Made by a program: the position numbers and the translations under genes
Part shown: piece by piece, positions 52,956 through 63,074 of the stretch
Layout: each line of letters opens with the position of its first letter
How positions within the stretch are numbered: the first letter of the stretch is position 1
Notes under the pieces: model-generated
Database searches by the model: none
Told to the model about the DNA's origin: nothing
What the model saw: only the letters and a program-made list of their open reading frames with translations
From: Bacillota bacterium
GTDB taxonomy: Bacteria > Bacillota > Proteinivoracia > UBA4975
Direction of reading: 5' to 3'
Assembly: GCA_012523545.1 (NCBI GenBank)
Contig: JAAYIH010000021.1
Location: 4,357-68,356, forward strand
Length of the DNA stretch: 64,000 bases

Positions 52956-53678
52956 CTAATGCCGCCAGTCCACGTTAACTATACGCTCCCGGTCCAGGCC
53001 CAGTTGCCTGACCAGTTGATATCCCGCTTCAAAGCGGCCCACCTCCTGCGGAGAGTGGGCGTCGCTGCCCAGCACAAAACTGACTTCTTTGACCTGCGCG
53101 GCCAGCTGTATATCCGGGGCACAAGCCCGGGCATGCCGGCAATTGATTTCCAGCAACGTCCCCCGCCGGGCGCAGGCCCTGGCCAGTTCCCGGCTGTCTA
53201 TGGGCAGGCCGTAGCCCGGATGGACCACGATGTCCACCCGCTGCCGTTCCACGCACCTGACCAGGGCCAGGGTGAAGGCGTCGTAAAGGCGATGGCGCTG
53301 CCGGCGGCTGAGCAGGGCCAGCCAGCGCAACCCGTAAAAGGCCCACCAGGAGTCCAGCCCCGCCGGCGTCACCCGGGGGTGCAGGCCCACCAGGAGCATA
53401 TCCAGGTGCGGAAGAATTTCGGCCGGAACATCCAAATCTCCTTCCAGGGAAATGACATTGGCCTCGATGTTGAAAAGGAGCCCCGGCCTTTTCCGGACGG
53501 CCCGGGCCAGCTGCGGCCACCGGCGCCGGGGGACCCCGGCAAAGAGCAGGCGGGGTCCGTGCTCGGCAATCCCCACCGCTTCCAGGCCCATGGCCGCTCC
53601 TGCCTTAAGGTTGTCGGCTACGGTGCCGCTGCCATGGCTCCAGCGAGTGTGGGTATGGTAATCGGCCAGGGGACGCAT
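52956..53678 (-). CDS. PHP-domain phosphoesterase (histidinol-phosphatase-like)
   Basis: DYHTHTRWSHGSG..., then AEHGP, and a C-terminal GSDAHSP. Confidence 0.7.
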   Translation of the reverse strand: MRPLADYHTHTRWSHGSGTVADNLKAGAAMGLEAVGIAEHGPRLLFAGVPRRRWPQLARAVRKRPGLLFNIEANVISLEGDLDVPAEILPHLDMLLVGLHPRVTPAGLDSWWAFYGLRWLALLSRRQRHRLYDAFTLALVRCVERQRVDIVVHPGYGLPIDSRELARACARRGTLLEINCRHARACAPDIQLAAQVKEVSFVLGSDAHSPQEVGRFEAGYQLVRQLGLDRERIVNVDWRH

Positions 53679-53700
53679 ACCTTCCTTCCCTTCACTATGT

Positions 53701-54447
53701 TCAGACCCGGGGTGCCGGGTGCGTATACGCCTTGCGGCCGCGCTGGCGCAAAAACTCCCAAATGGAGTCCCGGGAGGTGTTGAGCACCTGCCGGGGCGTC
53801 AAGCCCGCCTCGGCAGCCAGAGCAGCTGCGGCAGCCAGGTCGCCCACCAATCCGGCATAATGGGCATCGCTGCCCAGGATGACCCGGCCGCCCAGGCGGG
53901 CCGTCAATTTGGACAGTTCCAGGCAGTTTTCCCTGCTGCCCTGGCGCACCAGGCCCAGGGAAGCGTTGTTAATCTCCAGCAGGACGTTGTGCTCGATGGC
54001 GGCCCGCACCACCGGCTCGGGCTGGATTTTGAAAGCCGGGTTGCCGGGATGGACAATGACGTCCACCTTGCCTCCGGTTATGGCATTGACCATGGCCCGG
54101 GTGTTGTCCTCGACGCTGCCGGGCTCAAAACAATCCTTGTGAAATCCCGCCAGGACGATATCCATGTACTTTTGATAATGATCGGGCAGATCTATATTTC
54201 CCTCCACGTCCAGTATGTTGGCCTCGATGCCCCTGAGCACTTCCACGCCATATATCTCCCGGGGCAAAATCCGCATGTTGGAAAAATGGTAGCGATGAGG
54301 AGAGCCGGGCATGGCCGGTCCGTGGTCGGTTATGGCCACCATCTGCAAACCTCTGTCGGCAGCCGCCCGGGCAATTTCCTGGACGGTGCTGTAGGCATGT
54401 CCGCTGGCAACAGTGTGCACGTGCAAATCAGCAACAATTTTCATCAT
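53701..54447 (-). CDS. PHP-domain phosphoesterase (YcdX-like), a paralogue of the previous gene
   Basis: ADLHVHTVASGHAY.., then ITDHGPAM, and GSDAHYAG. Confidence 0.7.
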   Translation of the reverse strand: MMKIVADLHVHTVASGHAYSTVQEIARAAADRGLQMVAITDHGPAMPGSPHRYHFSNMRILPREIYGVEVLRGIEANILDVEGNIDLPDHYQKYMDIVLAGFHKDCFEPGSVEDNTRAMVNAITGGKVDVIVHPGNPAFKIQPEPVVRAAIEHNVLLEINNASLGLVRQGSRENCLELSKLTARLGGRVILGSDAHYAGLVGDLAAAAALAAEAGLTPRQVLNTSRDSIWEFLRQRGRKAYTHPAPRV

Positions 54448-54503
54448 TTAGCCCCCATTTCTGTTACTTATATGCTATCCCCCATTGTCCCCGGCGTCAA
54501 GGC

Positions 54504-55787
54504 TTACACCCTGTTCCTGCGCACCAGGCGTTCCCACCACTCTTTGACCTTCAGGGGCAAGCCCTCCAGCTCTCCCTCCCCCCACTTAATGGCCTTGAAC
54601 TGGGACAGGAGATAAGACGGCTTGAGCTTGTGCCAGGGGATTCGCGCCGTTAAATCCCGGAATTCATTTTCTTTAAAATGTACCAGCTTTTCCTTTACTC
54701 CCTGCCAGCTTCCAGCACTGATAAACAGATAGAAAAAGCCGCCGGTGCCTAACAGTCCGGCCAGGGTCAGTATACCCTTGAGCACCCCGCCCCTGCGCCC
54801 CGCCGGCGGGTTGGCGGTGGGCTGCAGCTGCGGGTTTTCTTCAATTTCCCGTTCGGTTCCGGGGTCGGGGCTGGCCGGAGGCTCGCCGTAGAGAGTAGCG
54901 TAAACTACGTCGGCAAAGGCCCTGGCCCCCGTCTCGGCGTGGAGACGGCTGTTGGTGTGGGCGCCCACCTCCAGGAGCAGGGCCCGGGGATGCAAGTCCT
55001 GGTTGTAATCGCCCTGGGCAAAAAACACGCCCTTGACCAGGTGCGGGTACATTTCATCGGCTTTGGCCTTAAGCTGCCAGGCAAATTCTTCGTTGACCCT
55101 GTAGGCTGGGTTTTGCGTGCCCACCACCAGCATGACCTGAGTCAGTTGCATATCCTCTATTTCCTGGAAATATTCCCCCCAGGGGGCGGCGTCCCTGTGC
55201 ACGTCGAAAATGGCATCCAGGTCGGTTTGCGCCAGCTCGGCGGCGACGACCCGGGAACGCCGATAGGAACCGGAATAGGGAAAGAAAGTCTCCTGGCTGT
55301 GGACAACCTCTACTTCGTCTTTGTTCTCCAGGCGTTTGGCCATCTGGGCGCCCACTTTGTATATTCCGCCCTGGCGCTGGCTGGTGGAGTCTACTCCGTC
55401 GGAGGGCAGGTAGGACTCGCCGCTGTGGGTGTGGTATATGGCAATGCGACGGGCATCCGCCCCTTCCAGCCCCCCGGCCGCGGCGGTCCGGGCGAAGCCC
55501 TCCTCAGTGCCAATCAGTTCAGCCCAGGCCCGCAGGCGCCGGTAATCCACCTTATATACCCGGTACAGGCGGTTGTCGCCGTCCAAAAACCTGTCTCCCA
55601 CCTGAATGCGAATGCCGGTACGCAGCAGGACATTGTGGTTATCGTCGTACAATGTAAACCAGCGGCCGTCTTCCAACTCCCAATTGTCCCCGGCCGCCGC
55701 AGGAACTGTCAGCAACAGAAGCAAAATCAATATTGCCGGCAGAAAACGCTTGCCCACAATTCCACCTCCTCTGCTAATAATCTGCAA
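54504..55787 (-). CDS. spoIIP: Stage II sporulation protein P (SpoIIP, engulfment amidase)
   Basis: A signal/anchor sequence, then IAIYHTHSGESY...DVHRDA, which is the SpoIIP core. Confidence 0.8.
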   Translation of the reverse strand: MQIISRGGGIVGKRFLPAILILLLLLTVPAAAGDNWELEDGRWFTLYDDNHNVLLRTGIRIQVGDRFLDGDNRLYRVYKVDYRRLRAWAELIGTEEGFARTAAAGGLEGADARRIAIYHTHSGESYLPSDGVDSTSQRQGGIYKVGAQMAKRLENKDEVEVVHSQETFFPYSGSYRRSRVVAAELAQTDLDAIFDVHRDAAPWGEYFQEIEDMQLTQVMLVVGTQNPAYRVNEEFAWQLKAKADEMYPHLVKGVFFAQGDYNQDLHPRALLLEVGAHTNSRLHAETGARAFADVVYATLYGEPPASPDPGTEREIEENPQLQPTANPPAGRRGGVLKGILTLAGLLGTGGFFYLFISAGSWQGVKEKLVHFKENEFRDLTARIPWHKLKPSYLLSQFKAIKWGEGELEGLPLKVKEWWERLVRRNRV

Positions 55788-55858
55788 CAGAGGAGGGGAA
55801 AATACTCTTTCCTGCGCCCGGCCAGAAAAAAAATACCGCCCCGGAGGACGGTTATCCC

Positions 55859-56179
55859 TTAAAGATGGGGCTGAATGCGGGCTATCAGCTCTTTTTTGGG
55901 CTGGAAGCCCACCGTAGTCTCAACGACCCGGCCGCCTTTGAACAGCATGAGGGTGGGAATGCTCATAATGCCGTATTTCTGTGCCAGCTCTCCTTCCTCA
56001 TCCACGTTGACCTTGGCAATTTTCAGGCTGTCGCCCAATTCCTGGTCCACTTCCTCCAAAACGGGGGCGACCATGCGGCAGGGGCCGCACCAAGCCGCCC
56101 AAAAGTCCACCAGGACAGGGCCTTCCGCTTGCAAAACCTCCTGTTCAAAATCAGCTTGGGTAACGTTCTTAATCATCAT
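55859..56179 (-). CDS. trxA: Thioredoxin
   Basis: WCGPC active site. The start was chosen at the MMIKNV.. ATG pair (about 107 aa); the track ORF carries an N-terminal extension. Confidence 0.85.
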   Translation of the reverse strand: MMIKNVTQADFEQEVLQAEGPVLVDFWAAWCGPCRMVAPVLEEVDQELGDSLKIAKVNVDEEGELAQKYGIMSIPTLMLFKGGRVVETTVGFQPKKELIARIQPHL

Positions 56180-57113
56180 CCTCATCCTTTCCAAAGTTTT
56201 CCTCAATGTATTCCGCTGCGCTGAGGGCAGCAATACAACCGTCGTTGACGGCGGTAACGATTTGCCGCCAGCGCTTGCGGCGCACATCGCCAACGGCGTA
56301 GACGCCGGGAATATTTGTGCTCATGTCTTCATCGGTAATAATATACCCTTCCTCATCAAGGGCGATGCCCGACCCGGCCAGCGGGCCGCCCGGCTGTCGG
56401 CCCACGAAGACAAAGACGCCCTGGACAGCCAGGTGGCTTTCCTCCCCGCTTTGGACATCCTGCAGGCGCAGGCCCGTCACCCGGGTATCGCCGCGGATTT
56501 CGGCGACGACTTTGTTCCACAGGGGGGTAATTTTTGTATTCTCCAGCAGTCGCTTTTGCTGGATTTGTTCAGCCCGCAAGCTGTCCCGGCGATGGATGAG
56601 CCATACCCGGCGGGCAAACCTGGTCAAAAACAACGCCTCTTTGACGGCGGTATCGCCGCCCCCGACAACAGCCACGTCTCTGTCCCGGAAAAAGGCTCCG
56701 TCGCAGGTGGCACAGTAGGAAACCCCTCTGCCAATGAACTCCTTTTCGCCGGGAACGCCGAGCATTTTGGGATTTACCCCGGTGGCAATGATGACCGTTT
56801 TGGCCCTGAACTTCCCCTGCTCTGTAACCACTTCCTTAATTTTGCCCTGGAGGTTCAGGGATTCCACAGGGGAATAGTACATATCGACGCCAAAGCGATT
56901 GGCCTGGTCGACCATGTTGGCCGCCAGCAGGGCGCCGGAGATGGGCTCGCTGAAACCAGGATAGTTTTCAATTTCGTGGGTCAGCACCACCTGGCCGCCC
57001 GGACCCCTGGCTTCTACAATCGCTGCCTGCAACATAGCTCTGCCGGCGTAAAGCCCGGCTGTCAATCCCGCCGGACCGCCCCCGACAATGAGCACATCGT
57101 ATACGGTGTCCAT
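56169..57113 (-). CDS. trxB: Thioredoxin-disulfide reductase
   Basis: VLIVGGGPAGLTAG, the redox CATC motif, and AVVGGGDTAV. Confidence 0.9.
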   Translation of the reverse strand: MDTVYDVLIVGGGPAGLTAGLYAGRAMLQAAIVEARGPGGQVVLTHEIENYPGFSEPISGALLAANMVDQANRFGVDMYYSPVESLNLQGKIKEVVTEQGKFRAKTVIIATGVNPKMLGVPGEKEFIGRGVSYCATCDGAFFRDRDVAVVGGGDTAVKEALFLTRFARRVWLIHRRDSLRAEQIQQKRLLENTKITPLWNKVVAEIRGDTRVTGLRLQDVQSGEESHLAVQGVFVFVGRQPGGPLAGSGIALDEEGYIITDEDMSTNIPGVYAVGDVRRKRWRQIVTAVNDGCIAALSAAEYIEENFGKDEDDD

Positions 57114-57238
57114 TCTCTACCTCCTATATACCCCTGTGGGGTATATCTTAGCAAAATCCTTGCCCTTTGTCAACCAGGTTTCGGCGCTGTGCGCACAATT
57201 GATTTTACCCCAAAAAACCAAATTTGGACAGGGGCAGG

Positions 57239-57262
57239 AAAAAAGGCCGGGATTCCGGCCTT
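57239..57262 (-). terminator. Rho-independent terminator after the 57275..58150 gene
   Basis: On the minus strand, a ggccggaatcccggcc stem followed by UUUUUU. Confidence 0.45.
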
Positions 57263-57274
57263 ACATTCCAACAC

Positions 57275-58150
57275 CTACCTCCTGAATATCCAGATAAATA
57301 CGGCAACGCCCAGGGCCACCAGCGCGACGCCGGCGATGATGATGATTTTCACCAGCCCCGCGCCCGACCCCGGCCCTACTGGCTGGAGCCGGGCCAGCTG
57401 GCCCGCTTTCCACTGCAACTGTGCTTGCTGGCTGCTGTCGGTGGCTGCCAGGATATCGTACAGGTTGGGGTCAAACTCGGAATCGCAGCCTCCCCCTCCC
57501 GTCCAGGGGCCGCCATCTTTGGTTATTTCCCGGTACTGGTCGGGACCGTAGGCGTCCTGCAGGCCCACCAGGACGTAGTATTTCCACCGGGAAGTTGCCG
57601 GCCCCAGCAAATCGTGGCTGAGTTCTGCGATGATGGAATTACCCTCCACATTGACATCAAAGCCCTCGACGTCGCCCTGCCAGATGCCGGCCTGGGGATC
57701 CTGGGGGTCGTCATCCTGCCAATGGATGAGGTAGGCGCCCTTCCAGTCCCGAATGCGCAGGTTGACCTGCCAGGGCCGCTTGAACTCCACCTGCGCCCCG
57801 GGGCGGAAGGTGTCGGTGCTGCCCTTGCCCCCCATGACAATGTACAGGTCGATGCGGTGGAAATTAAAACCCTCTCCCCCCCAGGGCTGGTGCAGGTTGG
57901 GGGGCTGGGCAAATGCAAACTCAAACCTGGTGGTGTTGGGGCCGTTGCTGACGATAAACCCGACCAGGTCCACCATATCTCCCAGTTCCGGCGGGAAGAT
58001 GGTGTCCTGGGGGTAAGTGTAGGTTCCGGGTCCGGCTGAGTCCCCCCGGGGATCGTCCATGCTGAAGACCACCCCGGTCTCGCCCTGGGCCGACACACCG
58101 CCGATAAAAATTAGGCCAAGCAACAAGATGATGCTCACTTTTTTCCACAT
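57275..58150 (-). CDS. Hypothetical secreted protein with a C-terminal membrane anchor
   Basis: Signal peptide (MWKKVSIILLLGLIFIGGVSAQG) and a C-terminal hydrophobic helix ending in basic residues (..FIWIFRR). Confidence 0.4.
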   Translation of the reverse strand: MWKKVSIILLLGLIFIGGVSAQGETGVVFSMDDPRGDSAGPGTYTYPQDTIFPPELGDMVDLVGFIVSNGPNTTRFEFAFAQPPNLHQPWGGEGFNFHRIDLYIVMGGKGSTDTFRPGAQVEFKRPWQVNLRIRDWKGAYLIHWQDDDPQDPQAGIWQGDVEGFDVNVEGNSIIAELSHDLLGPATSRWKYYVLVGLQDAYGPDQYREITKDGGPWTGGGGCDSEFDPNLYDILAATDSSQQAQLQWKAGQLARLQPVGPGSGAGLVKIIIIAGVALVALGVAVFIWIFRR

Positions 58151-58350
58151 CTCGTTCTCATCCCCCTGGCTGTTTTGTACAACATATATGAGCTTAGTCC
58201 CCTGGTCATACTTATCAATTCCACAAAGAAGCGTTTTATACCTGCAAATAATTTGCCCCGGGCGGCGGCCTTGTTCCGCCCGGGGCCAGCACAGGGGGCT
58301 AATGAGAAGATGTCATTAACCGGTATCAGTTTTCCCCCCTGCGCCATAAT

Positions 58351-60741
58351 TTATTCATTGTCTTTGCCTTTTGGCGGCTGTTCTTCGCTGAAGAGGTTCA
58401 GTTTGCGCTGCACGCGGCCAAACACGGTGTCCGCGCCGTATTCTCCCTTGGCATCGGGGCTTCCGGCGGCAACGCCGGTGAGTATTTCCAGCCCTTCCTC
58501 CACCCGGTCGATGGCGTACACGAGGAAGCGCTTTGCCCGGACGGCCTCCAGTACCTCATCGTTGAGCATGAGGTCGTCCAGATTGCGCCGGGGAATTACC
58601 ACGCCCTGGGTTCCCGTCATCCCCAGGATTTTGCACGTTTCAAACCAGCCTTCGGTCTTTTCGTTTATTCCTCCCACCGGCTGTATTTCTCCCTTTTGGT
58701 TGACAGAGCCCGTTACAGCCAGGCCCTGGTCAATGGGAATGTCGGCCAGGCTGGAGAGAAGGGCAAAGAGTTCGGCGCTGCTGGCGCTGTCACCCTCGAC
58801 GCCGCCGTACAGCTGTTCGAAGGTTATGCTGGCCGACAAAGCCAGCGGACGCTTTTGGGCGAACCGCTGCCCCAGATAACCGGCCAGGGTGAGCACGCCC
58901 TTGCTGTGGATGCTGCCGCTGAGCTGGATTTCCCGTTCGATGTTGATGATGCCGCCGCGGCCGGCAAAGGTGTTGGCGGTAATGCGGGCAGGTACGCCAA
59001 ACTGGTAATCGCCGGTGCTGAGCACCGACAGGCCGTTGACCTGACCCACTGCAGCGCCCTGGACCGAGACCAGCAACTTGCCTTCGGCCAGCAAGCGCTC
59101 CCGGTATTCCTGCCAGCGGCTGGAGCGGTAGATTTTCTCGGCAATGGCCTTGTTGACGTGCCGGCGCTGGACAACTTTGGCGCCCTCCAAGCCCGCCCAC
59201 ACATCGGCTTCATAGAGCAACTCGGCCAACTCGTTGAAACAGGTGCTGAGGCGGCGCTGGCTGGAGATGATGCGCGAGCTGTGTTCCACCACCCTGGCCA
59301 CCGCATCCCGGTGCAAATGGCGCAGGCCTTCACTTTTGGCCCGTTGGGCGGCAAAGCGGGCGATGTGCATTTCGGTTTCCGGGGTGCGCTCCATGTCGTC
59401 GTCGAAGTCGACCTTGACCTTGAACAGCTTGCGGAAATCTTCGTCGTAGTTGTACAGCAACTGGTATTGAAAATGGTTGCCGATGATAACCACCTTGGTG
59501 GTCAGGGGTATGGGTTCGGGGCGCAGGGTGGACAAGGCCAGGGCCGAGTACTGGTCGGCCATGCTTTCCACCCGGATCTCCCGGGTTTTGAGCGCTCGTT
59601 TGACGGCCTGCCAGGCCAGGGGGTTGGCCAGCAAGTCATTGGCATTGAGAATGAGGTAGCCGCCGTTGGCCCGGTGAAAGGCGCCGGCCTTAATTTTGGT
59701 AAAGTCAGTGGTGAAGCTGCCCATCTCATTCTGGTACTCCACCCGGCCCAGCAAATTGTACCAGGTGGGGTTGGGCTCGACCACCACCGGAGCGCCGTCG
59801 GTTTTGCTGTTGTCCACCAGGAGGTTGACCTTGTACCTGCGCACGTCCTGACGCCTCATGGCCAGGAGCGGCAACTGCTCTTCGCCGTCTTTGTCCTTGA
59901 ATTCGTCCAGGTGCTGCAGGACATCGTTTTTGTAGGTTTCCAGGTAGGCCACAACCTGGGCGTTGTCCCGGTACTTGTGTTGCAGCTCTTCAATGAGGTG
60001 CCCCACCGCCGACAGCCCGATGCTGTGGTCCAGCTCCTTGAGCCGCGCGCGGAGCTCGCGCTCGGCCTGGGTCACCCGGCGCATGATTTCGGCGGCCTCG
60101 ACCCGCAGTTGCTGGGACCTTTCCTCGATTTCCCGCTGCACTTCGGGCTTGAGGCTGGCGTACTCATTTTGGGCCACTTCCCGGCCGTCGATGATGGGCA
60201 CCGTTAAGAATCCCGACGCAGTGGTCTTGAGGGCAAAGCCGCGCTGCAAAGCAAGGTCGGTCAGTTCTTCCAGCAAAGCCGTCCGGGTTTTCTGGAAGTC
60301 CTGCAGGATCCGGGCCTTGTGGCGCTCGTATTCCTCGCCGTCAAAGGCTTTGGGAATATCTTCCCGCAGGGCAGCTTCCAGTTCCTCGATGTCGCGGCAA
60401 AAGACCCGGCCCTGTCCCCCGGGCAACACCAAAGCTTTGGGCTGGCTGGGGTTGGAAAAGTTGTACACGTAGCACCAGTCCGGCGGCACCGGTTGCCGGG
60501 TCGCCTTGGCCTGCACCGCTTTTTTGGCATAGGTGGTGCGGCCGGTTCCCGGCGAGCCGACGATGAAGATATTGTAACCGGGACGGGTAATGTCCAGGCC
60601 AAAGCTCATGGCCTGCACGGCCCGCTCCTGGCCGACGATATCCTCCAGGCCCTCCAGTTCCGCGGTGGTGGTAAAAGCAAAGGTCTCCGGCGCACAGGTT
60701 TTGCGCAGGTATTCTGTGCCGACCCGCAACTTGTCTTTCAT
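58351..60741 (-). CDS. Lon-like ATP-dependent protease (COG1067/LonB-LonC type: AAA+ domain plus S16 proteolytic domain)
   Basis: ATG at 60741 after GGAAGGAAG. It has a Walker A (GSPGTGRTT) and a C-terminal Lon protease domain with a catalytic Ser motif (GDSASSAE...KGEIQPVGGINEK). Confidence 0.75.
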   Translation of the reverse strand: MKDKLRVGTEYLRKTCAPETFAFTTTAELEGLEDIVGQERAVQAMSFGLDITRPGYNIFIVGSPGTGRTTYAKKAVQAKATRQPVPPDWCYVYNFSNPSQPKALVLPGGQGRVFCRDIEELEAALREDIPKAFDGEEYERHKARILQDFQKTRTALLEELTDLALQRGFALKTTASGFLTVPIIDGREVAQNEYASLKPEVQREIEERSQQLRVEAAEIMRRVTQAERELRARLKELDHSIGLSAVGHLIEELQHKYRDNAQVVAYLETYKNDVLQHLDEFKDKDGEEQLPLLAMRRQDVRRYKVNLLVDNSKTDGAPVVVEPNPTWYNLLGRVEYQNEMGSFTTDFTKIKAGAFHRANGGYLILNANDLLANPLAWQAVKRALKTREIRVESMADQYSALALSTLRPEPIPLTTKVVIIGNHFQYQLLYNYDEDFRKLFKVKVDFDDDMERTPETEMHIARFAAQRAKSEGLRHLHRDAVARVVEHSSRIISSQRRLSTCFNELAELLYEADVWAGLEGAKVVQRRHVNKAIAEKIYRSSRWQEYRERLLAEGKLLVSVQGAAVGQVNGLSVLSTGDYQFGVPARITANTFAGRGGIINIEREIQLSGSIHSKGVLTLAGYLGQRFAQKRPLALSASITFEQLYGGVEGDSASSAELFALLSSLADIPIDQGLAVTGSVNQKGEIQPVGGINEKTEGWFETCKILGMTGTQGVVIPRRNLDDLMLNDEVLEAVRAKRFLVYAIDRVEEGLEILTGVAAGSPDAKGEYGADTVFGRVQRKLNLFSEEQPPKGKDNE

Positions 60742-60770
60742 CACTTCCTTCCCTTCCTTCCCCCGGGAGC

Positions 60771-61232
60771 TCATATGGGCAGCCCCCGGCTCTCGGTGTT
60801 TAATGATATGTAGTATCTTTCCAGAAAATTATCCCTGTACTCGAACACCCCGCGAATGGCCAGCCCGCGCAACAAGGGGGGAAGAATGAAGGGAATGTTG
60901 TGGACGAATTCCCGGCCCCCGGCCAGGACGGCGCCCAGGTCCAACCAGGCAAAATGCCCTTCCTCCCGGGCCGCCACCGGCACCCGGGGGTGACAGCCGA
61001 GGAAAAGGTAGAGGCGCCATGCGTTGGCGGGATCGCCGAGGTCCAGGCAGTCGACGCTGCCCATGGGCCGCAGGTCCTCCAGGTCCAGGCCCGTCTCTTC
61101 CCGTATTTCCCGGCGGCAAGCCTGGGCGGGGGTCTCGCCCTCCCTTACCTTTCCGCCCGGGGCGTTCCACTGTCCCTTGTGGGGTTCGCGCCGGCGGCAG
61201 AGCATGAGACAATGGCGGTGTCCTTCATCCAA
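60771..61232 (-). CDS. NUDIX hydrolase
   Basis: Nudix box GGKVREGETPAQACRREIREETGL. Confidence 0.75.
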   Translation of the reverse strand: MDEGHRHCLMLCRRREPHKGQWNAPGGKVREGETPAQACRREIREETGLDLEDLRPMGSVDCLDLGDPANAWRLYLFLGCHPRVPVAAREEGHFAWLDLGAVLAGGREFVHNIPFILPPLLRGLAIRGVFEYRDNFLERYYISLNTESRGLPI

Positions 61233-61255
61233 AATGAAACACAGGGTTGCAGCAA

Positions 61256-62362
61256 TTATGATTCCATCACCTGCCTGTACAAATCCTGGTACTTATCCAC
61301 CCAGATGTCGGCGCTGAATTTTTGCGCCTGTTCCCGGCAACTGGCCCGCCACGCCGGCAAATCCCGGGCGATTTCCAGCACCGCCGCCGCCATTGCTTCT
61401 GTGTCCCCCACCGGCGCCAGGATGCCGCCGCCGTTGCCCACCACTTCAGGCAGCCCGCCGGTGTCGCTGCCCACCACCGGCACTCCGCAGGCCATGGCTT
61501 CCAATGCAGCCAGGCCAAAGCTCTCCTTTTCCGAAGGCAGCAGGAAAACGTCTCCGGCCGAAAGCAGGGGCACAATTTCCTGCTGCAGGCCGACAAAGCG
61601 GACATCGGCGGCCACCCCCAGTGCCCGGGCCCTGGCCAGGGCGGCGCAACGTTGCGGGCCGTCGCCGGCCAGGATGAGCACTGCCGGCCGCTTTTGCCGT
61701 ACCCGAGCAAAGATTTCCACCACGTCCACCAGGCGTTTTACCGGCCTGAAGTTGGAAATGTGGACGAGCACCAGCTCCCCGGGCTCGGCATAAACCGAGC
61801 GCAGACCTTCATCCCGGCGCTTGTAATGCTCGAGGTCGACAAAATTGTAGACGGTGTGCACCGGGCACCGCAACCCGAACCGCTCGACGCTTTCCCGGGC
61901 CAGGGCCTTGGAGACCGCGGTGACGGCATCGCTGTTCTCAATGGCAAAGCGGGTTATTTCCAAAAAATCGGGCTGGGTCCCCACCAGGGTTATGTCGGTG
62001 CCGTGGAGGGTGGTCAGCACCTTGACCCTGCCGGTAATCTGCCGCGCCATGACGGCAACCAGGGAATGGGGCACGGCATAGTGGGCGTGGATAAGGTCGA
62101 GGCCGTACTCCTTGATGACCTGGATCACCCGGCCGGTAAGGGCCATGGTCCAGGGCGGGTGGGGAAAGAGGGGATAGTTGGGCACGCTGACCTCGTGAAA
62201 GAAGACGCGGGAACAGTCGTCTGCCATGAGGCGCACCGGCGGCAAATGGTTGACAAAGTGCACCTGGCATCCCCGCCGGGCCATGGCCAGACCCAGTTCG
62301 GTGGCGACGACGCCGCTGCCCCCGTAGGTGGGATAGCACAGTATGCCTATCTTCACGCTCAC
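61256..62362 (-). CDS. bshA: N-acetyl-alpha-D-glucosaminyl L-malate synthase (GT4 glycosyltransferase)
   Basis: MSVKIGILCYPTYGGSGVVATELG.. matches the BshA N-terminus. The GT4 C-terminal E..E motif region is present. Confidence 0.75.
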   Translation of the reverse strand: MSVKIGILCYPTYGGSGVVATELGLAMARRGCQVHFVNHLPPVRLMADDCSRVFFHEVSVPNYPLFPHPPWTMALTGRVIQVIKEYGLDLIHAHYAVPHSLVAVMARQITGRVKVLTTLHGTDITLVGTQPDFLEITRFAIENSDAVTAVSKALARESVERFGLRCPVHTVYNFVDLEHYKRRDEGLRSVYAEPGELVLVHISNFRPVKRLVDVVEIFARVRQKRPAVLILAGDGPQRCAALARARALGVAADVRFVGLQQEIVPLLSAGDVFLLPSEKESFGLAALEAMACGVPVVGSDTGGLPEVVGNGGGILAPVGDTEAMAAAVLEIARDLPAWRASCREQAQKFSADIWVDKYQDLYRQVMES

Positions 62363-62368
62363 GCCCCC

Positions 62369-63061
62369 TTAAATTGCTGTAATATCCTGCGCTTCAATCT
62401 GTCTGAGGCTGACCAGGGCTTCGGCATAGGTGCACCCGATTTCTCGGCCCCAGGCCCGGAAACGCAGGGCATAATCTTCGAAAAACCGTTCCCGGTTGAG
62501 AAGGGTGGGACGGGCGCCCTGGGACGGCGGCGCAAACTGGCTGGCGTGGGCCTTGACGGCCTGTATTTTGGCATCCCAGTACGCGTCTATGTTGATCAGC
62601 ACCGTGGGCTTTTCGGCACGGCCCAAAAAGTAATAAAACAGCCGCCGCGGCCGGTGGGGCTGACCGGGAACGGGAAACTTGTGCAGTCCCGCCAGGTGGC
62701 AGGCCCGGGTGACGATGACGCTGGCTGCCTCGTGGTCGGGGTGGCTGTCCCTGTGCCAGGGTGCCAGGACGATGTCGGGTCTGACCTGGCGCACCAGGGC
62801 GGCGGTTTTTAACAGCGCTTCCCGGTCGGGCTGGAGAAAGGCATCGGGCAACCCTAAATTGTGCCGGGCCTTGGCGCCCAGAATGGCGGCCGCCCGCCGC
62901 CCCTCCTCCATGCGGATTTCGGGCGTGCCGTTGCTGCCCATTTCACCCGCCGTCAAATCGCAGATTTCCACCGCGTGGCCCAGAGCGGCATGCCTGGCCA
63001 CTATACCCCCCACCGACAGTTCGACGTCATCGGGATGCGCGCCAAAAACCAGGATCTTCAT
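62369..63061 (-). CDS. bshB1: N-acetyl-alpha-D-glucosaminyl L-malate deacetylase (LmbE/PIG-L family)
   Basis: MKILVFGAHPDDVELSVGG...HRDSHPDHEAA is the LmbE zinc-binding motif set. Confidence 0.8.
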   Translation of the reverse strand: MKILVFGAHPDDVELSVGGIVARHAALGHAVEICDLTAGEMGSNGTPEIRMEEGRRAAAILGAKARHNLGLPDAFLQPDREALLKTAALVRQVRPDIVLAPWHRDSHPDHEAASVIVTRACHLAGLHKFPVPGQPHRPRRLFYYFLGRAEKPTVLINIDAYWDAKIQAVKAHASQFAPPSQGARPTLLNRERFFEDYALRFRAWGREIGCTYAEALVSLRQIEAQDITAI

Positions 63062-63074
63062 CAGTCATCAGCTC

